Of a DNA stretch of 64,000 bases, positions 1 through 9,462 are shown piece after piece. The DNA is from Candidatus Brocadiia bacterium (lineage in GTDB: Bacteria > Planctomycetota > Brocadiia > CAIUPP01). The stretch covers positions 64,001-128,000 of the forward strand of contig JBEKCB010000007.1 of the NCBI GenBank assembly GCA_050015075.1, written 5' to 3'. The notes beneath the pieces were generated by a model. It made no database searches. It was given only the letters and a program-made list of their open reading frames with translations, and was not told where the DNA came from. A program made the translations under genes and the position numbers. Position 1 is the stretch's first letter. The number at the start of each line of letters is the position of its first letter.

Positions 1-316
1 CAAGGTCCGATCTGCCCCTGATGGGCACGACGGTATTCTCAAGCCCTTGCTCGCAAATCCCGGCCCAGAACCTGGAGAATATATCCTCTCTCTGCGCCGC
101 CGCGAAAAGCTCCGTGCCGGGACTGCCCTTCCACCAGTCCACGCAGAAGAGGTGCCCATCGTGACATTGCGCGACCTTGCCGAGAATAGCGGCGGATTCG
201 CCGAGCCAACTGCCCACTTCGAGGAACCGGGCGCCCGGACGGGCCGCCGCCTCGGCCAGGGTGCGCAGGACGATCTCCTGTTCGCGGCTCGGGATCTGCT
301 TCGCGGGCGCGGTCAT
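1..316 (-). CDS. Class I SAM-dependent methyltransferase (Methyltransf_24-like), 3' end runs off window
   Basis: Own translation of the minus strand: MTAPAKQIPSREQEIVLRTLAEAAARPGARFLEVGSWLGESAAIL...LFCVDWWKGS. It has motif I (LEVGSxxG), and its ATG overlaps the wzt stop (ATGA). Not in the ORF track because it is truncated. Confidence 0.8.
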   Translation of the reverse strand, partial: MTAPAKQIPSREQEIVLRTLAEAAARPGARFLEVGSWLGESAAILGKVAQCHDGHLFCVDWWKGSPGTELFAAAQREDIFSRFWAGICEQGLENTVVPIRGRSDL

Positions 317-1902
317 CTGTGGCTGTTTCCTTCGACTCCGGACACGAGCGTAAAGGAACTCTCCAGCGCCGCGATCCCATCGAACCGCCGCGTCTGGCGC
401 ACGGCCAGATGGATGACGCTGGTGCGAATGTCAATCGGCACGTCCTCCGCCGGCTCTTTCTGGGCCAGCCCCAGGTCCATAAAGTAGTCGCCGTAATGAA
501 CGTTGAGCTGAATCGTGAACTTCCCCAGAAGGATCTCTCCGCCGGACACCGGGGCCAATTCCACTCCCATGAACCGCGTGTTGCTCCCGTTGACCATGAG
601 GCCGTCGAGGGCTCTCAGGGCGTATCCGAACATCGGGTTGGCGATCGGCTGGTGCACGCGGGCCTTCACATAGATGTCCACGACCTCGCCGCTGTCCATG
701 GCCGCCGGGGCGCAGGAGGCGGCATCCGCGACGAGGAAGTCCACGATTTCGCCGCGACGATCGCCGAAACGGTATTCATTCCTATTGTAGCCGCTGCGCG
801 CCGGACAATGATCTCCCGGCGGCGTGTCCCGCAGGAATTCCTCGATCTGCCTGGCCCGGAGCGCTTTTGCCTTGTCGTTCACCGCCTCTCCGGTCGTCGT
901 CTCGGCGGCCGATGCGCCGCGCGGCTGGGCGCTGTCGGGGCGCGAGGCGTCCACCGCCTCGCGGACCGCCTTTTCCGAATTGCCGACGAAGATCCGCTTT
1001 TCCTCCACGCGCTGCTCGATGACCGTCTCCGGCAGACTCGAGAAATCCATCGGCCCGAGTCCCTGGTCCACCGCGAACAACCGGCGGCCGAATTTCACGA
1101 TGTTGAACCCCTTGTAACCTTCGAAGACCAGTTCCGGATACGGCGTGTACCCCTCGATGACGCCGGTGAACAGCAGCTCATTGTAACAGTTCGCCACGTG
1201 CTTCGGCTCGCCCTGTTCGAGCACCCGGCCATGGTCCAGGAGAATGGCGCGGTTGCAATGTTCCACAATCGCGTTCGTATCGTGACTGACGAAGAGGATG
1301 GTTTTTCCGCCCGACTGGAACTCGAGGAACTTCCGGTAGCACTTGTGCTGGAACTTGGCGTCGCCGACCGCGAGCGCCTCGTCCACCACCAGGATATCGG
1401 GGTCCACGTAGATCGCGGCGGCGAACGCCAGGCGGGCATACATCCCCGAGGAATAGGTCTTCAGCGGCTGGTCGAAGAACTCGTCAATCTCAGCGAACTG
1501 CTGGATCACCGGAAGCCGGCTCCGCATCTCCGACGCCGAATACCCGAATGTCCTGCCCTGCATCAGAACGTTCTCCCGGCCGGTGAACTCCGGGCTGAAG
1601 CCGGCGCCCAGCTCCAGCAGCGCCGACACCCGCCCGCGGACTTCCACCGTGCCGGCCGTGGGCCGCAACACGGAACTGACGATCTGCAGCAGGGTGCTCT
1701 TCCCCGATCCGTTTCGGCCCATGATGCCCAAGGTCAGCCCCTTCGGCACATCGAAGCTGACCTCCTGCAAGGCCCAGAACTCCTTGTGATGCTTCTTCCG
1801 GAAAGGGTCGAGCGCCTCCAGCAACCGTTCCTTGGGCGAGCCGTAGAGCCGGTATTTCTTGGAGAGCCCCTTTGCCGAGATGGCCAGGGAATCATCCGCC
1901 AT
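313..1902 (-). CDS. wzt: Polysaccharide ABC exporter ATPase Wzt with C-terminal carbohydrate-binding domain
   Basis: Walker A GRNGSGKST, signature YSSGM, Walker B DEALAVGD, Wzt_C-like tail; adjacent to a Wzm permease. Confidence 0.92.
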   Translation of the reverse strand: MADDSLAISAKGLSKKYRLYGSPKERLLEALDPFRKKHHKEFWALQEVSFDVPKGLTLGIMGRNGSGKSTLLQIVSSVLRPTAGTVEVRGRVSALLELGAGFSPEFTGRENVLMQGRTFGYSASEMRSRLPVIQQFAEIDEFFDQPLKTYSSGMYARLAFAAAIYVDPDILVVDEALAVGDAKFQHKCYRKFLEFQSGGKTILFVSHDTNAIVEHCNRAILLDHGRVLEQGEPKHVANCYNELLFTGVIEGYTPYPELVFEGYKGFNIVKFGRRLFAVDQGLGPMDFSSLPETVIEQRVEEKRIFVGNSEKAVREAVDASRPDSAQPRGASAAETTTGEAVNDKAKALRARQIEEFLRDTPPGDHCPARSGYNRNEYRFGDRRGEIVDFLVADAASCAPAAMDSGEVVDIYVKARVHQPIANPMFGYALRALDGLMVNGSNTRFMGVELAPVSGGEILLGKFTIQLNVHYGDYFMDLGLAQKEPAEDVPIDIRTSVIHLAVRQTRRFDGIAALESSFTLVSGVEGNSHR

Positions 1903-1903
1903 T

Positions 1904-2743
1904 CTAGAGCACCTCCGGGAAGTCCGGCTTCAGCCGCCGGAACAGCAGCCCGCCGGCGGAGAAGAGTCCCAGGCTGACGATCCAGAAATAAATTCCCGCC
2001 TTCCAGTTCTGCCAGAGCGGCGCGTACAGGTCCGGGATAAAGCTCGCCCGGTAGCCGTGGATGACGTAGTACATGGGATTCAACTTAGGCAGAAAACGCA
2101 GAGACTGCGGCAACCGAAGCATCATGTCCTCGGTCCACACCACCGGCGTCAGCCAGAACCACATATTCAGCACCACGGCGAGAATCTGACCGACGTCGCG
2201 GTAAAAGACGTTCAGCGCCGCGACGATCCATCCCAGGCCCACGCTGAACACGGCCATCCCGAGCAGGAAATAGACGAATTGAACGTTGTAGAACGAAAAC
2301 CGCAGACCGCTGGCCATGATCACGATGGCCAGGATCACCAGCATGATCACATGGCTGACCATGCTGGCCAGCCAGTGTGCGAGGGGCAGAATCTCCGTCG
2401 GAAAAACCGTCTTCTTGACCAGGTACGGATTGCCGGTGACCGCATTGCTGCTCGCCGATACGGTCTCGGCAAAGGCCGTCCAGGGAATCAGACCGCACAG
2501 GAAGTAGACGATGAACGGCGTGTTGCCGGCCGGGTGAACCCGGAAGCCGAGCGAAAAGATCACCCAGTAGATGAGGATCATCATCAGCGGGTGCGCGACC
2601 GACCAGGCCATCCCGGCGAGCGTCCCCACGTATCGCTTGCGAATTTCCATTCGGGCCATGGCCCAAATAGTCCTTCGGTTGCCCACAACCCGGATCACGA
2701 ACCTTGCGAGGGACGCCAAGAGGGACTCTCCGTGTCTGCGCAA
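1904..2743 (-). CDS. wzm: ABC-2 polysaccharide export permease Wzm
   Basis: RYVGTLAGMAWS, LVKKTVFPTEILP, FWLTPVVW, LNPMYYVIHGYR motifs; six hydrophobic segments. Confidence 0.92.
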   Translation of the reverse strand: MRRHGESLLASLARFVIRVVGNRRTIWAMARMEIRKRYVGTLAGMAWSVAHPLMMILIYWVIFSLGFRVHPAGNTPFIVYFLCGLIPWTAFAETVSASSNAVTGNPYLVKKTVFPTEILPLAHWLASMVSHVIMLVILAIVIMASGLRFSFYNVQFVYFLLGMAVFSVGLGWIVAALNVFYRDVGQILAVVLNMWFWLTPVVWTEDMMLRLPQSLRFLPKLNPMYYVIHGYRASFIPDLYAPLWQNWKAGIYFWIVSLGLFSAGGLLFRRLKPDFPEVL

Positions 2744-2882
2744 GACAACTCAGTCTCTGGGAGGTTAGTGTATCACGTCGCGTTGCGCTGCCGCAACGCC
2801 CGCGGACCGCGGCGCAGTGTCAACATCGGCTGAGAAGGAGTGATGCTGCCGGGATTCCCGAGTGAGGCGATGCGTAGTGGAA

Positions 2883-3212
2883 TCATTCCGGAATCATTCG
2901 GGTCGCTTCCGCGCCCTCGATATCCGCGGAATCCGCCACCTGCCGAACTGAGGCCGCTTTTGAAAGCCTGCCGATGGCAGCGTTGGCTGCGGACAAACAG
3001 ACCAGGCGCCTCAGCACGCGTGCCCGCGCCGCCTGCCACTCCAGAAAGGCGCGGCGCGCCGCCTCGTCCTGGAACCGGGGTGCGGCCGGGTTTTCAGGCA
3101 TGGCCATTTTCTCCCGCGTCATTTTCGTTGCTGGAGCACGGTCTATCGCCTGGGCCGCATGCCGCGGGGCGGCGTGGCAATCTCGACGACGACTTTTTCG
3201 CTTGTCGGCCAT
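2883..3212 (-). CDS. Hypothetical protein (doubtful)
   Basis: ATG preceded by a GAGGAGAGG RBS-like run; no recognisable domain. Confidence 0.25.
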   Translation of the reverse strand: MADKRKSRRRDCHAAPRHAAQAIDRAPATKMTREKMAMPENPAAPRFQDEAARRAFLEWQAARARVLRRLVCLSAANAAIGRLSKAASVRQVADSADIEGAEATRMIPE

Positions 3213-3320
3213 CCCGCCTCTCCTCTCATTTCCCTGGGCCTGGCGGTTCGTGTCTTCAGTGTTAGCGTTATTCCGGCCACAGGACGTTTTTTGCCGTCAT
3301 AGACCGTGTTGATAAGAGGC

Positions 3321-4370
3321 CTACTCGAACCGGAAGTTTTCGCTCCTGATAAGCTCGCAGCAGGCATTTGCCGCATTCGCGTCAAAAAGCGTGCCGCAGC
3401 CCTTGGTCACTTGTTCAATCACAAGCTCAATCGTCATAGCCGGACGATAGGGACGAGGAGAGGACATTGCCTCGACCACGTCGGCCACGGCCAGAACCTG
3501 CGCTTCGAGGATGATCTGGCTCCCCTTGAGTCCATGAGGGTAGCCGGAGCCGTTGAGCCGTTCATGGTGCTGCAGCGTCGCGTCTGCAACAGGCCAGAAG
3601 AAGTCAATCTTTCGCAAAATGTCATAACCGACCTGCGGGTGCGTCTTGATGATGCCGAACTCGCATTCGCTGAGCTTCCCCGGCTTGGAAAGAATTTCGG
3701 CGGGCACGGCGATCTTCCCTATATCGTGCAGGAACCCGGTAATCTCGATGCCTCGCTCCTGCGTCTCGCTGATGCCCAACCGTCGAGCGATTGCCGCAGC
3801 CAGGCGTGCGACGCGCCGTTCGTGCCCCGCCGTGAAGGGGTCGCGGATTTCAATTGCCGACGATATGGCTTCGACACTTCCGTCCATCACGCGCTCAAGA
3901 CGACTCTCGCGCTCCTGCAGCGCCGAGGTTCGGTCAATGATCAGGTCCTCCATCCTTTCCCGGTAGCGCAGGTTTTCAGCTTCGAGTCTCGCCTTTTCGT
4001 CATTCAACGTCCTGATTTTGCAGGCGTTGCCTACAGAGCGCAGGACGGCCTCTTTGGTACAGGGTTTGAACAGGTAGTCCACGGCCCCATCCCGGAGCGA
4101 TGCCGCCGCCGTCTCGGCCGTCGGTTCACCGGTCATCATGACCACCAGCGTGCGCGGCGTGGCCACCTTGATCTTTGCGAGGAGTGCGACACCATTCAGG
4201 CCGGGGAGAATGATATCCGAAAGAATGACATCGAATTCCTTTGCGCGGAACAGCGTTTCCGCCGCATCGGCGTTCTCGGCCGTATCCACTTCGTACCCGG
4301 CGGCGCCGAGGAACGTGCTGAACGTCCTGCGTATCGCCTTCTCGTCGTCTACAACAAGCACTTTTGCCAT
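3321..4370 (-). CDS. REC + HD-GYP c-di-GMP phosphodiesterase
   Basis: N-terminal receiver; RDPFTAGH, HDIGK, HHERLNGSGYP and ADVVEAM..RPYR motifs intact. Confidence 0.92.
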   Translation of the reverse strand: MAKVLVVDDEKAIRRTFSTFLGAAGYEVDTAENADAAETLFRAKEFDVILSDIILPGLNGVALLAKIKVATPRTLVVMMTGEPTAETAAASLRDGAVDYLFKPCTKEAVLRSVGNACKIRTLNDEKARLEAENLRYRERMEDLIIDRTSALQERESRLERVMDGSVEAISSAIEIRDPFTAGHERRVARLAAAIARRLGISETQERGIEITGFLHDIGKIAVPAEILSKPGKLSECEFGIIKTHPQVGYDILRKIDFFWPVADATLQHHERLNGSGYPHGLKGSQIILEAQVLAVADVVEAMSSPRPYRPAMTIELVIEQVTKGCGTLFDANAANACCELIRSENFRFE

Positions 4371-4443
4371 GACATGGTCTCCATTGCCTTTTCGTCACTT
4401 GCCGGGTGGCTCAACGCTCATCCGGGTCGCCTCGGGGCATCCA

Positions 4444-5706
4444 TCACGTTCTTCGCACGACCAGAATCGTCTGGTCGTCTGTTTGCGGTTGTCCCGTGCT
4501 GAAATACGACACGGCCTGGGCCACCGCGCTGACCAGCGCATCCGGTTGCCCGTGGTGTGTACGAAGTACCTCTTCCAAACGGGCAGCGCCGAAGAACTCC
4601 CCGTTGCCATCCACGGCATCCGTGATGCCGTCGGTGTACAAGACCAGACTATCACCGCTCTCCAAAGTCAGGTCGGAACCGTCATATTCGCAGTTTTCAT
4701 CCACGCCGAGCGGCAGTCCATTCTTAACCGCGACCGGACTCAGCGTGCCTCTTTTTTCGCAGATCAGGTATGGCGGCGAGTGGCCGGCGCCGTAGATGGA
4801 CGCCGTGGAGCGGTCCATGTTGATCACGACCATCAAAGCCGTGGCGAAGGTGCGGTCGCACCATTCCCTCGCGAGGAAGCGGTTGACATAGGGCAGCAGC
4901 CCTTCGGCGTCGTTTCGCAGGGAGGCGACCGCGCGGAAGTAGCTCATGACGCGCGCCATGTACAATGCGGCGGCAATGCCCTTGCCGCACACGTCTCCGA
5001 GGAGCACAACTTGCATGTTGCCGATCAAGGGAAGGACATCATAGAAATCGCCTGCCACCTTGCGGGCGGAATGACAGTACGCCGCGAACTGTAAGTTTCC
5101 TCCCGCGGGAAAGGCCTTCGGGAGGAAGGCCTGCTGGATGTCCTGCGCCAAATCGAGCTCGAAGTCTATGCGTTTCTTTTCCTCCTCCACTTCGCGCAAT
5201 TCCGCTTTTTCCAGAGCAATCACCAGGAAGTTCGCGACCGTGCTCAGCAGCACCTGGTCCGATTCTTTGAAGACCGCGCCGTCGCGCTTGTTGTTCACGT
5301 TCAGCACGCCGATCACCCGGTCCCGGAAGAGCAGGGGAACACTCAATAGAGAGCGCGTACTATAGTGGGCAGCGCTTTGTCGTTTGAAAAGCGGGTGCGT
5401 GGCGACGTCCTTGACCAGCAGGGGACGGCCATGCAGAGCGACCCAGCCGGCAATGCCTTCGCCCATTCTAATCCGCGCGGCCTTGACGACGTCCGGGGCA
5501 ATGCCGTGGGCGGCGCGGATGCGCAGCGTCTTGCCGCCCGGCTCGATCAACATCAACGAGCATCGGTTGACCTCGAGCATGCGCCCGACCCGGCGCACGA
5601 GTTCGTTCAGGACTCTTTCTGAATCCTTCTGGGACGCGACGATGTCGCTGATTTCCTTAAAGATCGCCTGCACGAAAGACTGACCTTGATCCAACGACGC
5701 TATCAT
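4444..5706 (-). CDS. GAF + PP2C/SpoIIE (RsbU-like) serine phosphatase
   Basis: GAF (GEGIAGWVA...SLLSVPL...GVLNVNNK), then GDFYD, GDVCGKG, YTDGITDA, DDQT; start set at the ATG after an AAGGAG RBS. Confidence 0.9.
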   Translation of the reverse strand: MIASLDQGQSFVQAIFKEISDIVASQKDSERVLNELVRRVGRMLEVNRCSLMLIEPGGKTLRIRAAHGIAPDVVKAARIRMGEGIAGWVALHGRPLLVKDVATHPLFKRQSAAHYSTRSLLSVPLLFRDRVIGVLNVNNKRDGAVFKESDQVLLSTVANFLVIALEKAELREVEEEKKRIDFELDLAQDIQQAFLPKAFPAGGNLQFAAYCHSARKVAGDFYDVLPLIGNMQVVLLGDVCGKGIAAALYMARVMSYFRAVASLRNDAEGLLPYVNRFLAREWCDRTFATALMVVINMDRSTASIYGAGHSPPYLICEKRGTLSPVAVKNGLPLGVDENCEYDGSDLTLESGDSLVLYTDGITDAVDGNGEFFGAARLEEVLRTHHGQPDALVSAVAQAVSYFSTGQPQTDDQTILVVRRT

Positions 5707-5847
5707 GACACGTCTCCTTAGCCTTGTTGCAGCATGTCCAGCCCAAAAGGGCCGGCCATCGTCGAGCGACGGGTTTCCCCGCCGACGACTGCCCTCGCTC
5801 CGTCCGTAGCCACCATGTTGCACTTCCCGAATGTAAGCGTCTATCAA

Positions 5848-7284
5848 TCAATTCCGAGGCTGCTGCTTCTGATCCTCGGCGAAAGTGGTCGGGTTGCGCG
5901 CGTAAACGCGGGCGACGTTCATCTCCACGATGCCGTTCCTGACGAGGTTGGCCAGGGAGTGGTCGAGCAGGTACATGCCGGACTTGCTGCCCGACTCCTG
6001 ACACGTCTGGATCTGGTCCATGTGCCCCTGCCGGATGAGATTGCTCACCGCCGGCGTAACGATCAGCACTTCGGTCGCCAGCACACGCCCCTTCAGGTCG
6101 CGGCGCGGCAGCAGGACCTGTCCGATGACGCCCTGCAGGACCGATGCCAACTGCCTGCGCACTTGCTCCTGCTGCCCGCCCGGATAGGCGTCCACGATGC
6201 GATTGATGCATTCAATGGTATTGGTCGTGTGAAGGGTGGTCAGCACCAGGTGGCCCGACTCCGCCGCCGTGATGGCCATCGAAGTCGAGTCCAGATCGCG
6301 AATCTCGCCCACGAGGATCACGTTGGGGTCCTGCCGCAACACGTGCCGGAGCGCGCTGGCAAAGGAAGGCGTATCCACCCCCACTTCCCGCTGCTTGACA
6401 ATGCTGCCCGAGCCGGCGGAGGCGTAAATGTACTCGATGGGGTCCTCAATGCTGATGATCATACACTGGCGCTGACGACGGATCAGATCCACGATGGAGG
6501 CGAGGGTCGTGCTCTTGCCGGATCCCGCCGGACCGCTGACGATCACCAGCCCCTTCTGCAGCTTGGCGAGGTCCTGCACGACTGCGGGCAGTCCAAGCTC
6601 GTCCCACGGTGGAATGGAGATGGATATCACGCGGAAGGCCGCCTCGACGTTCCCCATACCGATGTTCACGTTGACTCGGAATCGTGTGCCTTCAGGAAGG
6701 GTGTATGAGAAGTCCATATCCTGGTGCTGCTGAAAACCCTGGCTTTGCTCCTCGCTCATCATGCCCATCAGGATGCGCTCGAGCACGGGGGCCTCGAGGA
6801 CTTGGGTGTCGCCCGGCACAAGGTTGCCGTTAATGCGGAACATCGGAGGCCGGCCGGCTGTCAAGTGTACGTCCGAAGCTCCCCGCTGCACCGCCTCCCG
6901 CAAGATCTGGTTCATCCTGCCGGATTCCGCGTACTCTTCCATTGCATGGCGGTCGTCCGGATCCATTTTGTCAATCGCGATCCCGTGAAGAAACAAGGTA
7001 CCGCCCGCGACTTCCGCTAGCCGCACAACGCGTCCCTGCGCCCGCACCGGCGCGCGCACCAGCCCCGTGATGAACAGTTGCATGTCCACGCGCGACCCGA
7101 CCTGCAGCGGCTTCTGGCCCTCGAACGCGATGCCATTCGCGCTGACATCCACCGCCGTTGCCGTCCCCGCCAGCGGCTTGAGATCCTCGGTTTGGTACTT
7201 GACCATGAAACGGGCGCGCTTGCGCCAACTTTTCCGTTTGGATAAGAGCAGATCATTCTCGTGGACTAGACTTGAACGCGCCAT
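5848..7284 (-). CDS. pilT: PilZ-PilT fusion: type IV pilus retraction ATPase with N-terminal PilZ domain
   Basis: PilZ RxxxR (RKRARF) and DxSxxG (DVSANG); PilT ASDVHL, GPAGSGKST, LRQDPNVILVGEIRD, TLHT, AVSNLIR; AGGAGG RBS. Confidence 0.88.
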   Translation of the reverse strand: MARSSLVHENDLLLSKRKSWRKRARFMVKYQTEDLKPLAGTATAVDVSANGIAFEGQKPLQVGSRVDMQLFITGLVRAPVRAQGRVVRLAEVAGGTLFLHGIAIDKMDPDDRHAMEEYAESGRMNQILREAVQRGASDVHLTAGRPPMFRINGNLVPGDTQVLEAPVLERILMGMMSEEQSQGFQQHQDMDFSYTLPEGTRFRVNVNIGMGNVEAAFRVISISIPPWDELGLPAVVQDLAKLQKGLVIVSGPAGSGKSTTLASIVDLIRRQRQCMIISIEDPIEYIYASAGSGSIVKQREVGVDTPSFASALRHVLRQDPNVILVGEIRDLDSTSMAITAAESGHLVLTTLHTTNTIECINRIVDAYPGGQQEQVRRQLASVLQGVIGQVLLPRRDLKGRVLATEVLIVTPAVSNLIRQGHMDQIQTCQESGSKSGMYLLDHSLANLVRNGIVEMNVARVYARNPTTFAEDQKQQPRN

Positions 7285-7394
7285 GCTATCGCCTCCTAAA
7301 AGGGTGCCCACCGCCGCCTTGTTGCAGCGCCTCCAGCCTGTAAGTTCCAGCCATTGTCGAGCGGTGAGCCCACGCACATCCGCGTTTAGCGCCC

Positions 7395-7470
7395 GTCCTC
7401 CGTCTCGAGGTGACCGCGCCGCCATGGTCCTTAATAATCCCGTGGCTGATCGCAAGCCCGGGCCCGTGCC
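7395..7470 (-). pseudogene. Histidine kinase HATPase fragment
   Basis: Intergenic stretch translates as GPGLAISHGIIKDHGGAVTS, a G2-box relic with no rest of the gene. Confidence 0.6.
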
Positions 7471-7485
7471 GCGGTCGCGCGGCTT

Positions 7486-9357
7486 TCAAATGGACATCTC
7501 CAGCTCGAACGCGTCTTCCAATGTGGTAATGCCCGCGATGGCCTTGCGCAGCGCGTTCTCGAGCAAGCTGCCGGACGCGTGCTTTCTTTGGTACGCGCGC
7601 AGTTCGGCCTCCGGCGCGCGGCGCGTCACGAGTTCTTTCGCCTCATCATCGAGGTGGAAGTACTCGAAGACGGCGGCGCGCCCGCGATAGCCGGTCCCGG
7701 CGCAGTTGGCGCAGCCGGCGCCGCGCCAGAGCCGTTTCGGAATGTCCTCCTGGAGGAGTTCGTGCATGCGCGCCCGCACCGGGTCGGGCAGGTCGTACTC
7801 TTCCTTGCAATGCGGGCAGATCGAGCGCACGAGCCGTTGCGCGGCCGCCGTGATTAGCGTCGAGGCGATCAGGTACGGTTCGGTGCCCATGTTGACCATG
7901 CGCGTAATGGTGGAGACGGAGTCGTTGGTGTGGATCGTGCTCAAGACGAGATGCCCGGTGAGCGAGGAGCGGATGCCGATCTCGAGCGTTTCGAGGTCGC
8001 GCATCTCGCCGACCATGATGATGTCCGGGTCCTGCCGCAGGATGGACCGCAGCGCGCGCGCGAAGGTCAGCCCGATCTCCGGCCGCGCGTGCACCTGCGT
8101 GACGCCCTCGACCTCGTACTCGATCGGGTCTTCGACGGAGATGACGTTCTTGGTGACGTTCTTGACGTATTGGAGGCTCGCGTAGAGCGTGGTGGTCTTG
8201 CCGCTGCCGGTCGGCCCGGTGACCAGGATCATGCCGCTCTGCCGGGCGAGGATCTTCTGCATATGCGCCAGGAAGGCCGCGTCGGTGATGATCTTGTTCA
8301 GCTCGAGGTTCACTGAGCTCCGGTCGAGGATTCGCAGCACGACCTTTTCGCCGTTGATGGAGGGCAAGGTAGAAACGCGCAGGTCTACGTCGCGCCCCTG
8401 GAACTTTGCGCGCATGCGGCCGTCGAGCGGCAGCCGTTTCTCCGCGATGTCCAGCCGCGAGAGGATCTTGATGCGCGAGATCACGGCGTTCTGCATCCGC
8501 TTGGGCGGCGGGATCGTTCGGCGCAGGCGACCGTCCACGCGCACGCGGACGGAGACCGCTTCGCGGCCGGGTTCGATGTGGATATCGCTGGCGCGCTCGG
8601 CGATGGAGTCTCTGATCAGCGAGTCCACGTATTTCACCACCGGCGCGTCCTCGGCCTCGTTGCGGAGCTGCTCGGCCTCCGCCACGGACTCATCGCTCTC
8701 GAGGCTGATTTCCTCTTCGTTTCCGGTGGTGACCATATCCGAGGCGCTGCGTTGCAGATCGGAACGGATCCCATAGCAGCGCTCGAGCGCTTGGCGGATG
8801 GCGTGTTCGGTCGCGGCCACCGGCTTCACCTCGAAGCCGGTCACGGCGCGGACCACGTCGAGCGCGTAGACGTTGCCCGGGCTGCTCATAGCGACGACGA
8901 GGACGTTGCCCTCAATGCGCAGGGGAATCAGCGAGTAACGGCGCGCAATGCGGTCCGGCACCACTGCAATCGCCGCCGGCTGCGTCTCGGAAGGCTCGGT
9001 CAATTCGGTGAAGCCGACTCCCAGGCGAAGGCTCACCGCATACGCGAGCTGCCCTTCGTTGATCACTCCTTTGTGGAGCAGCCGCATGCCCAATCGGGCG
9101 TAGGCGTCTTCCTTGCTGTCGAGCGCCTGATCAATCTGTACCGTCGTGACATAGCCCAGGTCCACCAGGATTTCGCCGATGCGCCGGCCCGGCGTATTGC
9201 CGTTCGTTTCCGGCTCCGAAGCGCCCGCCGCGCCGGAAGCCGCCGCGCCGGCTGCGTTGTTTTCGGGAATCACGGCGAGCGGGACGGCTTCCCCTGCCGT
9301 TCCCGCCGGGCGGGGCTTGTAGGCCAGCATCTCAGGCCGCGCGGATGAAACAACCAT
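7486..9357 (-). CDS. PilB/GspE/MshE secretion ATPase with N-terminal MshEN c-di-GMP-binding domain
   Basis: Tandem RIGEILVDLGYV...QAL / RLGMRLLHKGVI...LAYA motif; ASDIHIEP, GPTGSGKTT, LRQDPDIIMVGEMRD; CxxC...CxxC Zn site. Confidence 0.9.
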   Translation of the reverse strand: MVVSSARPEMLAYKPRPAGTAGEAVPLAVIPENNAAGAAASGAAGASEPETNGNTPGRRIGEILVDLGYVTTVQIDQALDSKEDAYARLGMRLLHKGVINEGQLAYAVSLRLGVGFTELTEPSETQPAAIAVVPDRIARRYSLIPLRIEGNVLVVAMSSPGNVYALDVVRAVTGFEVKPVAATEHAIRQALERCYGIRSDLQRSASDMVTTGNEEEISLESDESVAEAEQLRNEAEDAPVVKYVDSLIRDSIAERASDIHIEPGREAVSVRVRVDGRLRRTIPPPKRMQNAVISRIKILSRLDIAEKRLPLDGRMRAKFQGRDVDLRVSTLPSINGEKVVLRILDRSSVNLELNKIITDAAFLAHMQKILARQSGMILVTGPTGSGKTTTLYASLQYVKNVTKNVISVEDPIEYEVEGVTQVHARPEIGLTFARALRSILRQDPDIIMVGEMRDLETLEIGIRSSLTGHLVLSTIHTNDSVSTITRMVNMGTEPYLIASTLITAAAQRLVRSICPHCKEEYDLPDPVRARMHELLQEDIPKRLWRGAGCANCAGTGYRGRAAVFEYFHLDDEAKELVTRRAPEAELRAYQRKHASGSLLENALRKAIAGITTLEDAFELEMSI

Positions 9358-9462
9358 GGTAAACGACCTTTCTGAAAATGTCGCCGGGTCCGCCGCAGGC
9401 GGAATGCCGAATGTCTTGTGATGAATTCATTCGGCCATGGGCCATCCGTCAATGGCCGCCCA

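Noticed and set aside
47-487. Plus-strand 146-aa ORF
   Set aside because: Shadow of the minus-strand methyltransferase and the wzt end; no motifs.
2750-3320. attR/attL copy of the tRNA-Ser 3' end, or an ops/JUMPStart element before wzm
   Set aside because: No convincing match found by eye.
5721-5800. c-di-GMP-I (GEMM) riboswitch
   Set aside because: It has a GAAA-capped stem and a second hairpin but lacks the GGCAAAC/GACGCAAAGC consensus, and the second copy does not conserve the pairing.
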